A DNA stretch of 64,000 nt from Rhina ancylostomus (lineage: Eukaryota). The notes beneath the pieces were generated by a model that did not search any database, was not told where the DNA came from, and saw nothing but the letters and a program-made list of their open reading frames with translations. The stretch spans positions 4,273,616 to 4,337,615 of the forward strand of contig JARFYF010000057.1 in assembly GCA_030265395.1 (NCBI GenBank), given 5' to 3'. The stretch's first letter is position 1; the number at the start of each line of letters is the position of its first letter. Both the position numbers and the translations under genes were made by a program. Shown here piece by piece: positions 47,861-61,500 of this stretch.

Positions 47861-50800
47861 TGGAAGGAGGAACATTTCAAAATAGCCTGTTTCTGCATTT
47901 TGCACCCAACTTGACTGCTGCCCTTAAATTTCTCTCTGATCAAAATATCTTATCTGGATGTGCGCCTTCTGCTACAATGTGTTGGAGGATATGCAGAGAG
48001 CTTTTGTGACAATGACTCGTGAGAAGGGGATCACAGAGCACGTTGACATTTCACCTAAGCTTAAAAGGTCTGCATAGACTCAAAAGACCAATGATGTGGA
48101 ATCACAATTTCAAATCCCATCAATTTAAATGCAGGTTAAGTTTAAAAACTGATTTTGTATTTTTAATCATGAAACTACTGGATTGTTGTAAAAGTCCACT
48201 TCACTAACATCCATTCTCAGGAAGGAATCTGCAGCCCTTAACTTGACTGGCTACATGACTCCAGATCCACACCAACATCCTGCAAATTGTCCATGGAAAT
48301 TTTTATGGCAAACTGCAAGAAAAGAAAAAGTGGATGGACTACCCAGCACTTATCAAAGCACCATATCAAAGCTCCACCAGCTCTGCACCTCCCTAATGGG
48401 GACATGCCAAAATTGATGGGGAAAACAGCATGATGTGGTTAAACTTACATAATCCTACCTGGCTTGTAATGTTCCAAACTGCAGTATCCCTAGGTCTTCA
48501 TCCCACTGTTTGGATGCTGGACATGGTGGCAGTCAAATAAAGCCAGCAGGCTGTGGCTGTGGGACTTGACTCCAGTTCCATAAAATCTCATGGCGTCAGA
48601 CTAAATAATGTTCAAATTAGTATCCATCATCAACCGCTGAATCACTACCTCTGGCATGAAAAAAAACACTGAATACAGTACAGAATTCAGAATGTATTTT
48701 CGGTAGGTGCCTTCATTGTCTGTTGCCAGGAGTTGCTTTGTTATGAAACCATTGACAGATCCCTGAAGGACACAGCTATCAGACTGAATGCTATAGGTGA
48801 TGAAAGAAATTTTTATTCTAACCTACTTGTTGCAATTGCATCTGATTACCTCACTGATGAATGGCAGCTGCGCCGGTCATTTTGGAGACAAAGCCCCATG
48901 ACCACACTTCTGACAGCCTTTAACTTTTGCAGCATCACCATAGGAAATGGAATTTTCAGAGAAAGCTGGAATCTGGAGGTGTTGAAGCCTTCAGTGGTGA
49001 AGAATGCAATTCAACTGTTCCCGATGGTCTGACAGATTACACTTTTCACCCTACAACTGTAATCAAACTAGTGAACCAATCTGCTTCCAATGAGTATAGA
49101 CGAGCAAGTGAGAGCAGCATTAGGGATAATTAAATGAGGTGCCAATCTGAAGCTAAAACACAGGGCAACCCATTTGCTGAAAGAGCACAAACAGGAGGGT
49201 AAGCAATCCCACAGCCAACAGATTAACTCACATTTCTTGCTGCATCTGGTAGTGAAAGGTGATGGACATTTAAATAACAACTGGGACAAGAGAGCTCCAT
49301 GAACGTCTGGACGATGTGCAAAAGGGCTTAAGTGCCTGCAACCATCTTTGGCCAGAAAGGCAAAAGGGTTGATTTGTTTTTCTTTTACGTTTCTGGCCAC
49401 AGGATGCAACTGTTTCTGGCCAGTTCAACGTGTCTTGTCCTTCCCAATTGAATGGCTTTCTGGGCCATTTTATTCATCAGTTTTCAGCATGCAGGCATTG
49501 CTGCTGATAAGGGCAGGATTCATTGCCTATTCTTACCCACCCTGAAGGTGGTGAACCTTTAGAGTCCTTCTGTTCACACCATCTCAGTCTGCTAGTAAAT
49601 AACTGGTAAAGTGAGAGCATCATCAGGCGGTACTGCTGACAAACCCTATTCCTCCAGCAGTTTGTTGCTTGCTCACCCATGAGCTGTTCACAAATGGCCA
49701 GGATCATACTGGTCTCGACCTCCTTTCTCGGTCTTTAGATGGACAAAGGAGTTGAATTACCAAATGTGGCATCAAGGGGCCCTGGAAAAATTGGAAGTCA
49801 ATACAAATCTGGGGGAAAACTCAGTACGGTTAATCCATCAGGATGTTTTGGTCTTTGGCAATACCTTGTTTATATGAAAGGTGCCCAATGCAGATCCAGT
49901 CACCGATATCACTGCCAGAGGAAGAGCAAAAGTAAGATAAAAGTGAAAAGGGAGGCATGAAGAAAATGTTTTAGAGTTCACTCATTGGGAATATGGATGA
50001 CTAAATAAGATCTATATTAAAAGAGTTCGGCCTGCAACCAGTGTCCGAGACTGGTGAGATTCAATATTAGGAGCACAGCAGCAACCATCATCCCTATCAG
50101 TGTTTTATGAGATGTCCTGTACCTCTCTATACATGGTCATCCAGCAGTTGATTCAATGCCTCTCTTCTGAGAGCCTCAAGCCCCAGATCTCTACAATGCT
50201 CTTCAGATTTGAAAGAACAGTTTGAGATTATGTAGCAGTAGAGGATACGCAGTTTTGTTCTGTTGATGATCTCCTCAATCAGATTAACTAACACAAATAA
50301 AAAAACAATCCAATAAAACTTCTATTCAATCCCTTTACTTTGATGGAAGCACATTTTTCTACTTGTACCTGTTTGTGTATTAAGTTACATCTCTAATTTT
50401 GTACAGCTGCCCTGAATGCCAAGTTGAACATTAAACTAAATTCAATTCTGATCTCTCCGGCTATTGAGTTTATCTTCCAAACTAGGTCTTGACAAATTAA
50501 ACAAAAGATTCTTCGTCATGGTTACAGCAGCTTCAGGGGAACTTAGTCGGAAAGGACACCCATTACAGTCTGCATGCCGGTGATATGACAACTTATCAGG
50601 CCTCTTCAAAGAATCCCAAAGTGTGTAATATCCAATGAGTTATTTGAAGTATGGTTACTGATTACGGCAGCCAGTGTGCAGCATGACTCTATGGACAAAG
50701 ATAAAATGAGTAATAGGCATTTTTAATGCAAGAGGCGAAGCCTTTTGATCTGGTGGCTAGGAGTACTATCTAGTTTGATGTGAAACTCTATGACAGGGGA

Positions 50801-50904
50801 GGATCCCTGTTCAATCATAAGAACACAAATCTAAGCTTTAGTTGGTCTTTTGACCCTTCCTGCCTGCTCTTGTTCTTTCTTTCTAAGTATGGCATAGAAA
50901 AGAA

Positions 50905-51260
50905 TGGCAAAACAGGAAGGAGGGACTGTTCATCCCTTTGGGTCCATGCCAGCTCCCAGCAGAGGAGTCCCATCGGTCCCATTACCCCCTCATTTCTCTA
51001 TACCACTACACCTTTCTCACATGCTCATCAGCTCCCTTTTGGTTACTTTGCTACATATCTACATTATGGGGTCACTTACAGTAGCTATTTAACACACCAG
51101 CACGTCTTTGGGATGTGGGAGGAAGCCACAGCATTCAGGACAAATCCACACAGTCACAGGCCGAAATACAAACTCCACACAGACAGCACAGATATCAGGA
51201 TTGAACCCCAGACCATGGCACTGAGGCAGCAGCACTAACTGCTGCACCACCATGTTGCCC
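50905..51260 (-). mobile_element. HE1-like V-SINE with CR1-type tail
   Basis: CAGCACGTCTTTGGGATGTGGGAGGAAGCC...CAAACTCCACACAGACAGC...GGATTGAACCC...GCTGCACCACCATGTTGCCC. Confidence 0.85.
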
Positions 51261-51289
51261 TCACGACCAAGCTAGATATTTACCTCAGC

Positions 51290-51580
51290 ACTTTTCTGCA
51301 CTAACCCCTTCTCCCTTGATTCCCTGAATGTCAAACACTATTAATCCATTTTGAACATATTCAGTGACTGAATGTCCACAGCCCCTTGGGTGCTGAATTC
51401 CAAAGGTTCACCACCCTCTCAAGATCTGTCCTCAATGGCCAACTCAGAGACAGAACCCGGCCAGAGGAAACATCACTGCATCTCCTCTGCCAAAACCAGT
51501 TTAAAAAGCATGATTGAGAGAGCACAGGTCCAGGCCAGTTAACTTCTCTTGACAAACTTGCCATCTCAGGAATCAATGGA
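51290..51580 (-). mobile_element. CR1 3' fragment
   Basis: ERVVNLWNSAP and MIPEMASLS in the ORF track. Confidence 0.75.
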
Positions 51581-52069
51581 TTGCCCTTAATTGATCACTA
51601 CCCAGTTAAAATATACATTGGTAGATAAGCTTAATGCCCATTTCCCAGGGGCTTGAATAATTTTCATGCTTTTGCTATAATCATAAATCCACAAGAACTG
51701 GCACTACAATCTTGTAAGGTCAATTGTCATCAAAGGGAGAGCAGATGAGACATGGTCACACACCAAACCACATTATCACATGAGCATCAGATCCCCAGAA
51801 GTAGCTCACTTGAAAATACTAATCTGCATAGGCACTAACTGATCTAAATAAACCTTGGGGGAGGTGGAGATCCTCAGCACATTAATGCTTGGTTCTTAAC
51901 TTATGAAATCAACTACTAAAAGCTTGGACTCAGTGGTCTGGGTTTTGTTGATAAATGCCAGCAATTCTGCATGGAACAGATTGACCTTGTGTTTCTTGCA
52001 ATCACCAGTGAGACTCTTGAACTTCATCCCAACCTATCAATTCAAGAGTTACTAGTAGCTAGAAGAGAT

Positions 52070-52170
52070 CTGCCGGCAGAACTCAGCCAGTCAAGCAGCA
52101 TCTGTGGAAAGAGAAACCGGTCAACATTTTGGGTCAGGGTCTCTTTCTCAGGACTTGAGGGAAAGTCGAT
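52070..52170 (-). mobile_element. Penelope-derived short repeat
   Basis: ACTCAGCCAGTCAAGCAGCATCTGTGGAAAGAGAAACCGGTCAACATTTTGGGTC. Confidence 0.7.
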
Positions 52171-52689
52171 GGTTTATCATTTTCAAAGCAGAGCTGAGAG
52201 AGGAGTGAGGAACAAGACAAAATGTGATATGGAGTTAGGTTAAGACAGATCAGGCAATAAAGAGCATTCAGGGAAGCACTGACACCAAATCTCTGGCAGG
52301 AGAGTGGAGGCCAGGTGAAACTGTTGAAAGGAATGCAGAATCTCTCACCCAAGGACTTCGTGCCCAACTAGTGTCAGAGGCTGCAGATGGCGCATGAACA
52401 TCAGCCAACTCAGAACCCACAGAAACTTGACCCAGAGGAAGAGGAAGAAAGGTGAAAATAGAGATAAGGAAAGAAAAAGATGAATCAATGAAAGGTGTCT
52501 GAAGTTAAGGAGCTGGTCACCCCTGTGGCCAGGCGTCACTGCTAAGTCCGACATTAAACTAGAGTCAGCTGCTTTAATTATTTTCCCTTCAAAAGCTCAG
52601 AATGGAGGAAGTTTGCTGATGACTTTGGTGTCCAGTTTTATCTGTAACTCCTCACACACATAACAGCTAGACCACACCCTGGTATGGGC

Positions 52690-53200
52690 TGAATAGTGAC
52701 ACACAAAATGTGTGGCACAAGTGTCAGTGAACAGCTAACAAGAGAATCCAGATCTACAACGACACTACCATTGCCAAATCCTCCCACCAGCAATATCTGA
52801 GGAGAGGGCCACCATCAACTAGAAATGTAACTGGTTTGGGCATAAATTCATGGTTTTAAGAGCAGATCATAGGCTATGTATTTGCAGAGGGGGAGTCAAA
52901 GCCTTTCCATAATTCAAAAAGCATGCAATAGTGGTGAAATATTTCCCTCTTGTCTGTACGTGCAGACCCAGTGCTTAAAATATCAGCACGAAGCAGTCCA
53001 GTTGGTCAACAGCCCACCCGACATCATCGGCATTCACTCTACTAGTGCAACAGTTGCAGTACACCACTGAAAAGATGCACTGCACCAGTTTGCTGTGACT
53101 TCTTTAATTATACTCCTATGTTGAAGGACTATAATATAGGGGAGCAACTGCAGCTGGTGTATGGGAACTGCATAACTTCCAAGTCACTCAGCACACTGAC
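52690..53200 (+). mobile_element. Old AFDRVWH-type LINE fragment
   Basis: Resembles the 8440-8900 and 55620-56150 segments (GTGGCACAAGTGTCAG, CCTTTCCATAATTCAAAAAGCA, AAGATGCACTGCA). Confidence 0.5.
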
Positions 53201-53589
53201 TTGGTACAGATGGCAGTAGTGGTTGGAACACTGAGAACTACCCTATTCCATAGCATGGAGTTCCTCCATTCAAAATCTAAACTTAAAGTGCTCAATTATT
53301 TCAGCCTATTGAGCAGTACTCAATACAAACGCACTATAGTTAAATGGACCGCACAACAGTTATGCATATGTATCATCCATATCATTGCAAATGAGCTTTT
53401 GGATTAAACTCATTCATATATGTCTGTATTAAGTAATTTAAAATGCAAATAGGTGGCGTCAATGGTCTCTTAAAGCACATCAATGAGACAAAGAATTACT
53501 ATTCAATTTCTGACAACCAAATGCATTTATTTGCATTTCATTTAATAAAACATAAAAATGTGCTTCAAAGTACCAAATGTTGGCAATCA

Positions 53590-54080
53590 GGCATACAAGA
53601 CTAGGAGAAGCAATGAAAAGCTGTGTCAAAGAGTAGCTTAAAGGTGATCTTAGAGGATGACAGACAAAGGTTTAGAGAATCAAGATCTCATATGGTAGTG
53701 AAATTATAATCAGTGATTCAAGAGGTAGAATTTTCAGAGGCTTGGAAGGGGTTCCAGAGATAGTTCCAAGGTTGTCGTGTCCCTTCAAATGAGAAATTAA
53801 GGAGTTGCCAGACCAGAGACCAGATTAATTTAGGAAGCACAAAGTGATCAGTGAACACAATTGAGCGTTGGGAAACAGGCAGTGTGTGGCAGTACCTGCA
53901 GGAAGAAATGGCAAGATGCAGGGATGTCAGATGTGCCCAGAAGTCAGACTGTGATAATAGAGAGAGAAAATCTAAGCCACTACCACAAATGGATGATTTA
54001 CAGCAGAATGCCAGTTCTGATACAAAGAAACTTGATAGAGACTCTGGATGGCTACAAAATGCCCAAATGCAAGATTAAGT
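53590..54080 (-). mobile_element. Old L2 3' fragment
   Basis: AAAAGCTGTGTCAAAGAG...GGAAGCACAAAGTGAT; similar to the 17.2 and 26.9 kb segments. Confidence 0.45.
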
Positions 54081-54104
54081 GGCTTCCCCTTTACCATAGT
54101 TGAC

Positions 54105-55520
54105 AGAGATTTTGACTGCACCTCCACTCTCACCCCCTGGACAGAGCAAGAATGGAATTCCCCTGGTCCTCGCCTTCCACCCCACCAGCCTTTGCATTCA
54201 ATGGTTCATCCTTCATAATTTCTGCCAGATCAAACAACAGACGCACATTTCCCCTTTCAGCACTGTGAAGACACCGTTGTCTTTGTGACTCCCTGGTCTG
54301 CTCTCCTATCCCCACCAAGCACTCCCCTTCTTATGGTAGTTCACCCATGCGACCACAGGAGATACAGCACCTGTCCTTTCACCTCTTCCCACCATGCAGG
54401 GAAGGAAACAGACCTTCCAAGTAAAGCAGCAATTCACCTGCACTTTGCCACTGTAGAGGAGGCCACATTACGAACACCAAATGCAGTACACTAACTGGAA
54501 GAAACCAACTGCACATCAGGTGACCATTTTACAGAACACCTCCTCTCAGTCTGCAGGAGTGACTCTGACCTTCCTGATGTCTGCCATTCTAATTTCCCAT
54601 CCCACTCACACCCTAAACTGTAGCCTCCTGCGTTGTTCCAACAAGGTCCAATGTAAAAGGTGCAGGAAATAGATGGCATGCAGTCAAGGGCTCTGTCATT
54701 CATGGAAGAGGGGAAGGTACTTTATCTGTGGCAGGTTGGAGCTTCCAGGCTCAATATTGCCTTCTGTCTTTGTCAGAACTGGCCATTTCTGCTATAAATC
54801 ATTCATCTGTGAAGTTGGCTCAGTTTTCCCTCTCTCCATTAGCACAGCCTGTCATGCAGGGCATGACTGACAGACCAGCATTATTGCTGCCAGTAACACA
54901 TCGACTGCTACTCGCCCCTCAGCAACTCTAGCCTTACCCTACCACAGATATTCCCTTTGTCTTATCCCTCCCTCTCCCTACCCTCACTGCAACTTGCTTT
55001 TCCTCTATATGAAAAGTATCGACAGGAGGCGCCGCCTCAAGAAGTCAACATCTGTTATCAAAGTTCCTCACCATCTGGGCTGTGCCATTTTCTTGCAGCT
55101 CCCATTGGGCAGGAGGTACAGAAGCCTGAAGTCCCACACCACCAGGTTCAGGAACAGCTACTTGCCTTCAATCATTCAGATCCTAAACCAACCTGCACAA
55201 CTCTAATCACTACCTCAGTATAGCAACAATACGACCACTTTGCACTACAATGGACATTTTTTTTGAAAAGTGTGCATTTTTTGTATAATTCATGTTTTAC
55301 TTGTGAATCTTGTCTCTCTGCTGCTATGTGCCTATGACGCTGCTGCAAGTAAGTTTTTTGTTGCACCAGGGCATACAATAAACTCAACTTTGACTTTTTC
55401 CTTCCCCAGTTTATACTGAGGGTCTTCAACATGAAGCATTAGCTGTGTTTCACTTTCCACAGATACTGCCTAGGCTACTGAGTGTTTTCAGATTTTCCAC
55501 ATTTCCAGTTTTGATTTCCA
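54105..55520 (+). mobile_element. Penelope-like element 3' part (GIY-YIG region and terminal repeat), interrupted by Rex1
   Basis: GIPLVLAFHPTSLCIQWFILHNF, PCDHRRYSTCPFT, TFQVKQQFTC; the terminal repeat resumes at ~55400 (GAGGGTCTTCAACATGAAGCATTAGC...ACAGATACTGCC). Confidence 0.85.
55005..55395 (+). mobile_element. Rex1/Babar LINE 3' end nested in Penelope
   Basis: RRRLKKSTSVIKVPHHLGCAIFLQLPLGRRYRSLKSHTTRFRNSYLP; possible TSD TTTTCCT (54998-55004 / 55396-55402). Confidence 0.9.
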
Positions 55521-56350
55521 GAAATGGGGATTTTCACTGACGATTGAACAATGTTCAAGTCCATTTGCAGACCTTCAGCAAATGAAACAACCCATAATTG
55601 TACAAAATACGACTTAAACAACATTCAGGCACGTGCTGATAAGTGGCAAGTAACATCTGTGTTGTAAATGCCTGGCAATGACCATCTCCAGAGAGAGTCA
55701 GACCACCCACCCTTGATGTTACCATTATCGAGCCCCCCCCCCACCACCATCAACCTCCTGGGGGTTATAATTGATCAGAAAATCAGTTAGGTGAGCCACA
55801 ACATTGTGGTTAGAGAGCAGATCAGGGGTTGGTTATCCTCTGCTGAGTGACTCGCCTCCTGACAGCCGAAGGCCTTTCCACCATCTACAAGGTGGGAGTG
55901 CAATGGAACACTCTCCACTTGTTTAGGTGTGTAGAACGAATAACTCAAGAAGCCCAATACAATAAAACAAACTTAAAGCAACCCACGTTATTGGCACCCA
56001 TCAACTACACTAAACATTCATTCATCGCCAGTCTGATTGCTGCAGTGTGTACCATTTTGCAATTGCATGGCAGTCATTTGTCCAGGCTACTCCAGCGGTA
56101 TCTCCCAAACCTGCAATCTCTACAACCAAGGACAGCAATCACATGAGAACACAACCATCTACAAGATCCCATATCATAGACCATCCTGATTTGGAAATAT
56201 ATCACGAAGGACAGGTGGCTCCAAACCCTGGAACTCCCTACCAACAGGACTAAAGTGGTTCAAAATCATGGTTCACCACCACTTTCTCTGGAGCAGTTAG
56301 NNNNNNNNAATAAGTGATGGCCGTGCTGGCAATGCCCAGATCTCCAAAAT
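55520..56350 (+). mobile_element. AFDRVWH-type CR1/L2-group LINE, 3' part
   Basis: GIFTDD, DLNNIQARADKWQV, INLLGVIIDQK, TRLLTAEGLSTIYK. Confidence 0.8.
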
Positions 56351-56724
56351 GACTAGTAAACAAATATTCAGTTTGAGAACCTCACTGCAATGTTCCCATG
56401 CAGCATCATGTACTGAACAGTAAACTAGGAAACAATAGGAATTTCAGAGAATCTGCTTATAGAGTGCCTAATTATTAAAGTAAGCAAAATAAACCAACAT
56501 GCATCAGAAATTGTCAATATATAATGGAATGCAGGCAGATTTTAAAGCAGGAAAACCAAAATTAAACTAGGGTTAAGAATGCTGTCACAAAAGCCATAAC
56601 AAATCTAAGTACCACTGAAACAACTGACACATAAGCAAAGACTTGATCAATTTAAGAACACTACAATCAACATGGGTGAAAAAAATACTGAAAACTATTT
56701 AAGCACAGCAGTCTTACAGTGAGA

Positions 56725-56856
56725 GACACTATAGACTGCAGATGCTGGAATCTGGAGCAAAAAGCAAAATGCTGGAGGGACTCAGCAGGTCAGGAGGCAT
56801 CTATGGAGGGAAATGGACAGTTGACGTCTTAGGTTGAGACCCTTCATTTGGACTTA
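56725..56856 (-). mobile_element. Penelope-derived short repeat with a decayed hammerhead-like core
   Basis: Minus strand AGTC-CAAATGA-AGGGTCTCAACCT-AAGACGTC-AACTG...CTGACCTGCTGAGTCCCTCCAGCA. Confidence 0.85.
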
Positions 56857-58599
56857 GTGAGACTGGTTTCGGTGCAGACAGTACTAATATTAATGGAAAT
56901 TGAATGTTCAATACAGATGGAGAGAAATTATATTTTTATCCAGTTTTGAATTTGTGTGAATGAATCTTGGAAACCAGCTATGGCGATAGATCAGTTGTCC
57001 CTTGCAACCTTGTCCATCTTTCCTTTGACTTCAGTGAAGAGAAAATTAAATGGGATATATAATGAGAGGTCGAGTTGTTATCAGTTTTGCAGACCTGATA
57101 AGCTGAAATTTGCCTTGCTATCTGCAGCTTGAATTAATGCAATGCTGTTATGTCACCTTCAGTTAAAATTCTCACCAGGCAGTAACTCACAAGTCTGGCT
57201 TGTTCTACTTCTGGTTTCTTTGTATTGTGGACTGCATAAGATAGTTTAAATTTAAATAAAAATATCTTTTCATTTAAACCTGTTCAACCTATGGCTTACA
57301 TCAGAAGCAAAAGTCCAACCAGAAATCAAATTCAATAACTCAGGGGTTGATTGCTCATCCTGTAAGCGGGAATGTGAGTTGGTTTAGACTGCTGAGGGGC
57401 AGGCTAGTTTACCCTATTGATTTATATACTGTTGCACTAATCCTGCAGGCTCAGACTAATGTTGTCTATTTGCTGCTTCAAAAGCAGCCATTTGTCAGGA
57501 GGATGGCAAGGCTTTGAATTTTACAGCATGGAGGAAATCATTCAACCTGCCTTCCGTCTCAAAAAGGTATCCACTCAAACCGAGTTCCCCAACCTTTATC
57601 CATCAATTTCTCATTCTTAGTTATCAACACAACCACCAGAGTTTTCTTTTGATAAACAACATCAAAATGTCTTGGTTCTGAGCACTCTGGTTTGTTCAAT
57701 TGAAAATTGCTCCTGTGCCTCTAACCTCACCAGATAAGCCTAAACTTTACTTTTAATTTGTGGCTTTGATTGCATTGGCTTTTCTTGAAAGAAAGCACCC
57801 AAGTTAGATGCACTGCTGACAGAACCTGACCCATGAGGGATATAGACTTAATTCACCTTCTTGCATTTAAAGTTAAATTCTATTGGTGTACACCTAAGAA
57901 TACTAACATGATAGTATGTCATCAATAGCATGTTATTTACTACCTTTGATAAGCAAGCAGACTGTATAGACCAGGTAAAACNNNNNNNNNNNNNNNNNNN
58001 NNNNNNNNNNNNNNNNNNNNNNNNNNNNNNNNNNNNNNNNNNNNNNNNNNNNNNNNNNNNNNNNNNNNNNNNNNNNNNNNNCTGACACATTAACTCTTAC
58101 TCTCCACAGATGCTGCCTGACTTGTTGAGTATTCCCAGCATTATGTAGAATTCACACTGTATGCTCAGGTACGATGCCTTCCCAAGACCACACCATACCA
58201 GAGGGAAGTTGACACCTACCAGCAAAGTGAATATACAAAAAAAACCCTAAAAGAAATCGATTAGGAGTAAGTAGATTGAAGTGGGCAAGTTGACCCAGTA
58301 CAAGTCAAGTAGGTTCATCTGTAAAGTTATAAATTACATCAGGCAACAGTTTGGAAAGCTGAAAAAATCTAATAAATCACCAGCTTTCTTTTAATTAGTA
58401 GATTTCAACTTCTTAATTAATCGTCCTTCCCAGCAAATTGTTCAGTTCATTTCTCAAATAAGTACCTGATGTCAATGAATTGTACAGGAGGAAGACCAGT
58501 GATCAGCAAGTAGAACTTAATCGAGGAAGCTTCAGCATAAAGACAGCCAGAAGTCTAACTCTACAAGGTTACGGCATTTGTGGTGACGTACGAGATGAT

Positions 58600-61500
58600 C
58601 AGACTATTGTGAACATGGGCTGATGCCACACGAAGGAGTCTACTGCAGGATCTTAACTCGGAGTGTCGATTTTTTTCCCTGCAGAATCTGACTGGCTTGC
58701 TAAGCATTTCCTATTTTTATTCCAGATTTCTATAATACCTGGGTTTTTTTTGTTGTTATCGTTGCCAATAATAAACCTTTTCCTAGAATTAAGATTTTGC
58801 CGAAATATGCAGGCTGACTTGACTGGTCAAACCTGCCGCACGCTCGTCCTGTCAGGACAGCAGTTGTTCGCCACAATTCTTCAGTTCCACCCACCTGGCA
58901 CAACAGCGCTAGAAATATCCGCTCGCTTACCGCGACTTGCACGATGTTGAGGTTTAAAGAAAACACTCTCCTTAAACGAGTTGACCATTTAGCTTGCCAA
59001 TCTGAAACAGCAGGAAATTAGTCGTGGGAGTGGGGGTGCAAGGTGGTCAAACGGCGTCAGATTTAATAATTACTGCCTAAACCTTTTTCTACCACCCACC
59101 GCCGGACACGAAGGGACCTAGAAAATTGTTAACGAGACGCCGGCTTTGAATATAATGCCGGAATTATAAACCGTAAATAGGGAGGCTGCACGCTCAGATT
59201 GAAAGTCAGGTTGCTCTTTATACTGTGTGAAAATTAACAGCTTTCTATTTTTTTTGCGGTTATAAATTCTGCAATAAACTGCAAGCAGCTTTAAAAACAC
59301 AGCTGAGCAGAGTGCAGTTGCCTCCCTAAACACCTGCTCCTGCAGCCTCTCAGGTCATTTCCGCCTTTTTCATTTGCCTCCCTTTACCCACAACTGTTGT
59401 TTAACATTTATCTGTAATATTTTACGCCAATGTTAAAACATTCGCGAAAAAAAAACAAATAACAAAAAGCAAACCGTGTGGGACAAGAAACTTAAACATT
59501 TAAAGTTTCGTTTAATATACAAAAGGCACCCGTATATTCTACTGAATAATATTCTCAGCTATTAAGCAAATAATTAAACAAGTTATGTGGGACAATAATC
59601 AATAAAATGTTTACATTTTCGTTTAACATTTATAATTTGTGTTACATTCTATTCAACAAATGTCAATAAAAGTCTATTAAATGGGGATCAGATTTTAGTG
59701 ACATTAATATTTTTTTAGCCCGCGGATAACAATGGGTTCTCTCCCAATTTCGCCAATTTAAGGTTGTGTTTATAACTGCCCCACATTGGGGCCACAGCAT
59801 TTCAAGTACATTCTCCCTCAATTTTGCTACGATTGTTGTCTTGGTGTGTGAACGCTGCATGGGGAAAGATCAGCGAAAATCAGTTGTTTACGGCTTGTAA
59901 ATCTGAGCTGGAAATAAAGCACGGGAATTAAACAGCCGCCGAAAGATAAGACCAACGAGCCAGTAGGAGATCACTGGATGCTGATGAATCTGCCCTGCAT
60001 ATCCAGAATTTTAAACTCGGTTTCAATACAATTTGAATTTAGTGCACTGTACATACACAATGTGTGTTATTTAGAACAAGTCATTTGATGGTCGAGTGCA
60101 TCAACTTTCTATTTTGATATGTGGCCATGTATATTGAAAACATTATTTCGACACAATTAAACGGATTCCAGCTTTAAAAGTAGACCCCAAACTTAACGAC
60201 AACTACCACACGGAAGCGGATCATTCGGTCCGTCGAGATTCTACCAGCTTAATGTTAGGCTCAGTATCCATCGCCCCATTTTCAGAAAGTTATCCAATTT
60301 CCTTTAAACGCTGCATTTGAATCTGCTAATCTTGGCTGTGCACTGTGAGCCTCATAACTTTCTGTGCAAATAAAAAATCCTCCCCCCCCCCCCACTACTG
60401 CCAATTATTTCGGTTCTATGTCCCATACTTTTGAACGCTCCACCAGTGGGAGCGATCTCCCTGTCGACTCGGTCTACCCCCTTCATTAACTACCTCTCTG
60501 ATCTTCTCGTAACCATCTGTTCTAAGAACATCCCCGCTTCCTCAGACCCTCACCCTTGCGAACATTTTGGCAAATCATTACCACCTTCCCCAAATACAGT
60601 ACTCCAGTTGTGGCTGCACCGGTGAATATTCATGACTTCCTCACCGGTATACTCTGTTTACGAAGCCCAGCATCTCACATTTTAAACAATCTCCATTTGC
60701 CCTCCTAACCTCAACAAACTATGCACATATACCCACCGACCTTTACTTGTCCCCTTTTCAGAATCGTGCATTCTATTCTATATTGCCTCTTATTCTTCTC
60801 TCCAAAATGTATCACTTTACATTTCTCGGTATTGTGGCTTCCACCCACACCATCTGCCTGTCCATATCGTCTTCGGTCGCCGGGCCTCACGTTTTTTTGA
60901 CCGAGCTGTAAAAGGTACAGGGAGCGGGGTCAGAGATACATTTCACCGTACTTACACCCGCACTTTTACGGACCGAAGACTTCCGCTGAGAGCGCGAACT
61001 CAATCTATTGAATGCCAGGTTGTTGGAACACATTTGAATGCAGATTTCAGAGTTAAATAAGAATTTAAAACTTGAAAGCATAACTTTTTTCTGTAGAATC
61101 TAATTGCTATGTTTATAAGGAAACTTTATCTAAAACATTGCATTTCTAAACTCTTGAAACGAGTAGTATGAGCTCGTGTCTGAAATTACTTAGAATTCTA
61201 CCAACCCCTGGTATCCAACCTCTGCTCTCTGAATTCCCGTCCGCCTCGCCGCTGGGTTCAGTAAAAACGGATTCACTGGTCATGGCTAAGGAGACAGGTT
61301 CATGCGCTTACCCGCCGAGAGCTTTCAGAACAAAATAAACAAAAAAATATTTATACAGTTGTCCATTTCACGAATGTATTTGTACCACTAGAACAGGTGA
61401 AATTATCAGCAAATAAATTGTTAACAGACGTCTTATTGTTAAAAGCAAGCAACCTGCTTTGATTAGTCAAAGCTATCGGGTCAACTTGTCAGAGAAACCA

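Noticed and set aside
48400-49960. Several 65-113 aa ORFs in unique-looking sequence
   Set aside because: No motifs, no consistent splice frame, and lengths expected by chance.
60440-60456. CTCF-like CCACCAGTGGGAGC (weaker matches near 53450 and 62072)
   Set aside because: Imperfect matches, one inside a CR1 relic; not supportable without a PWM score or ChIP data.
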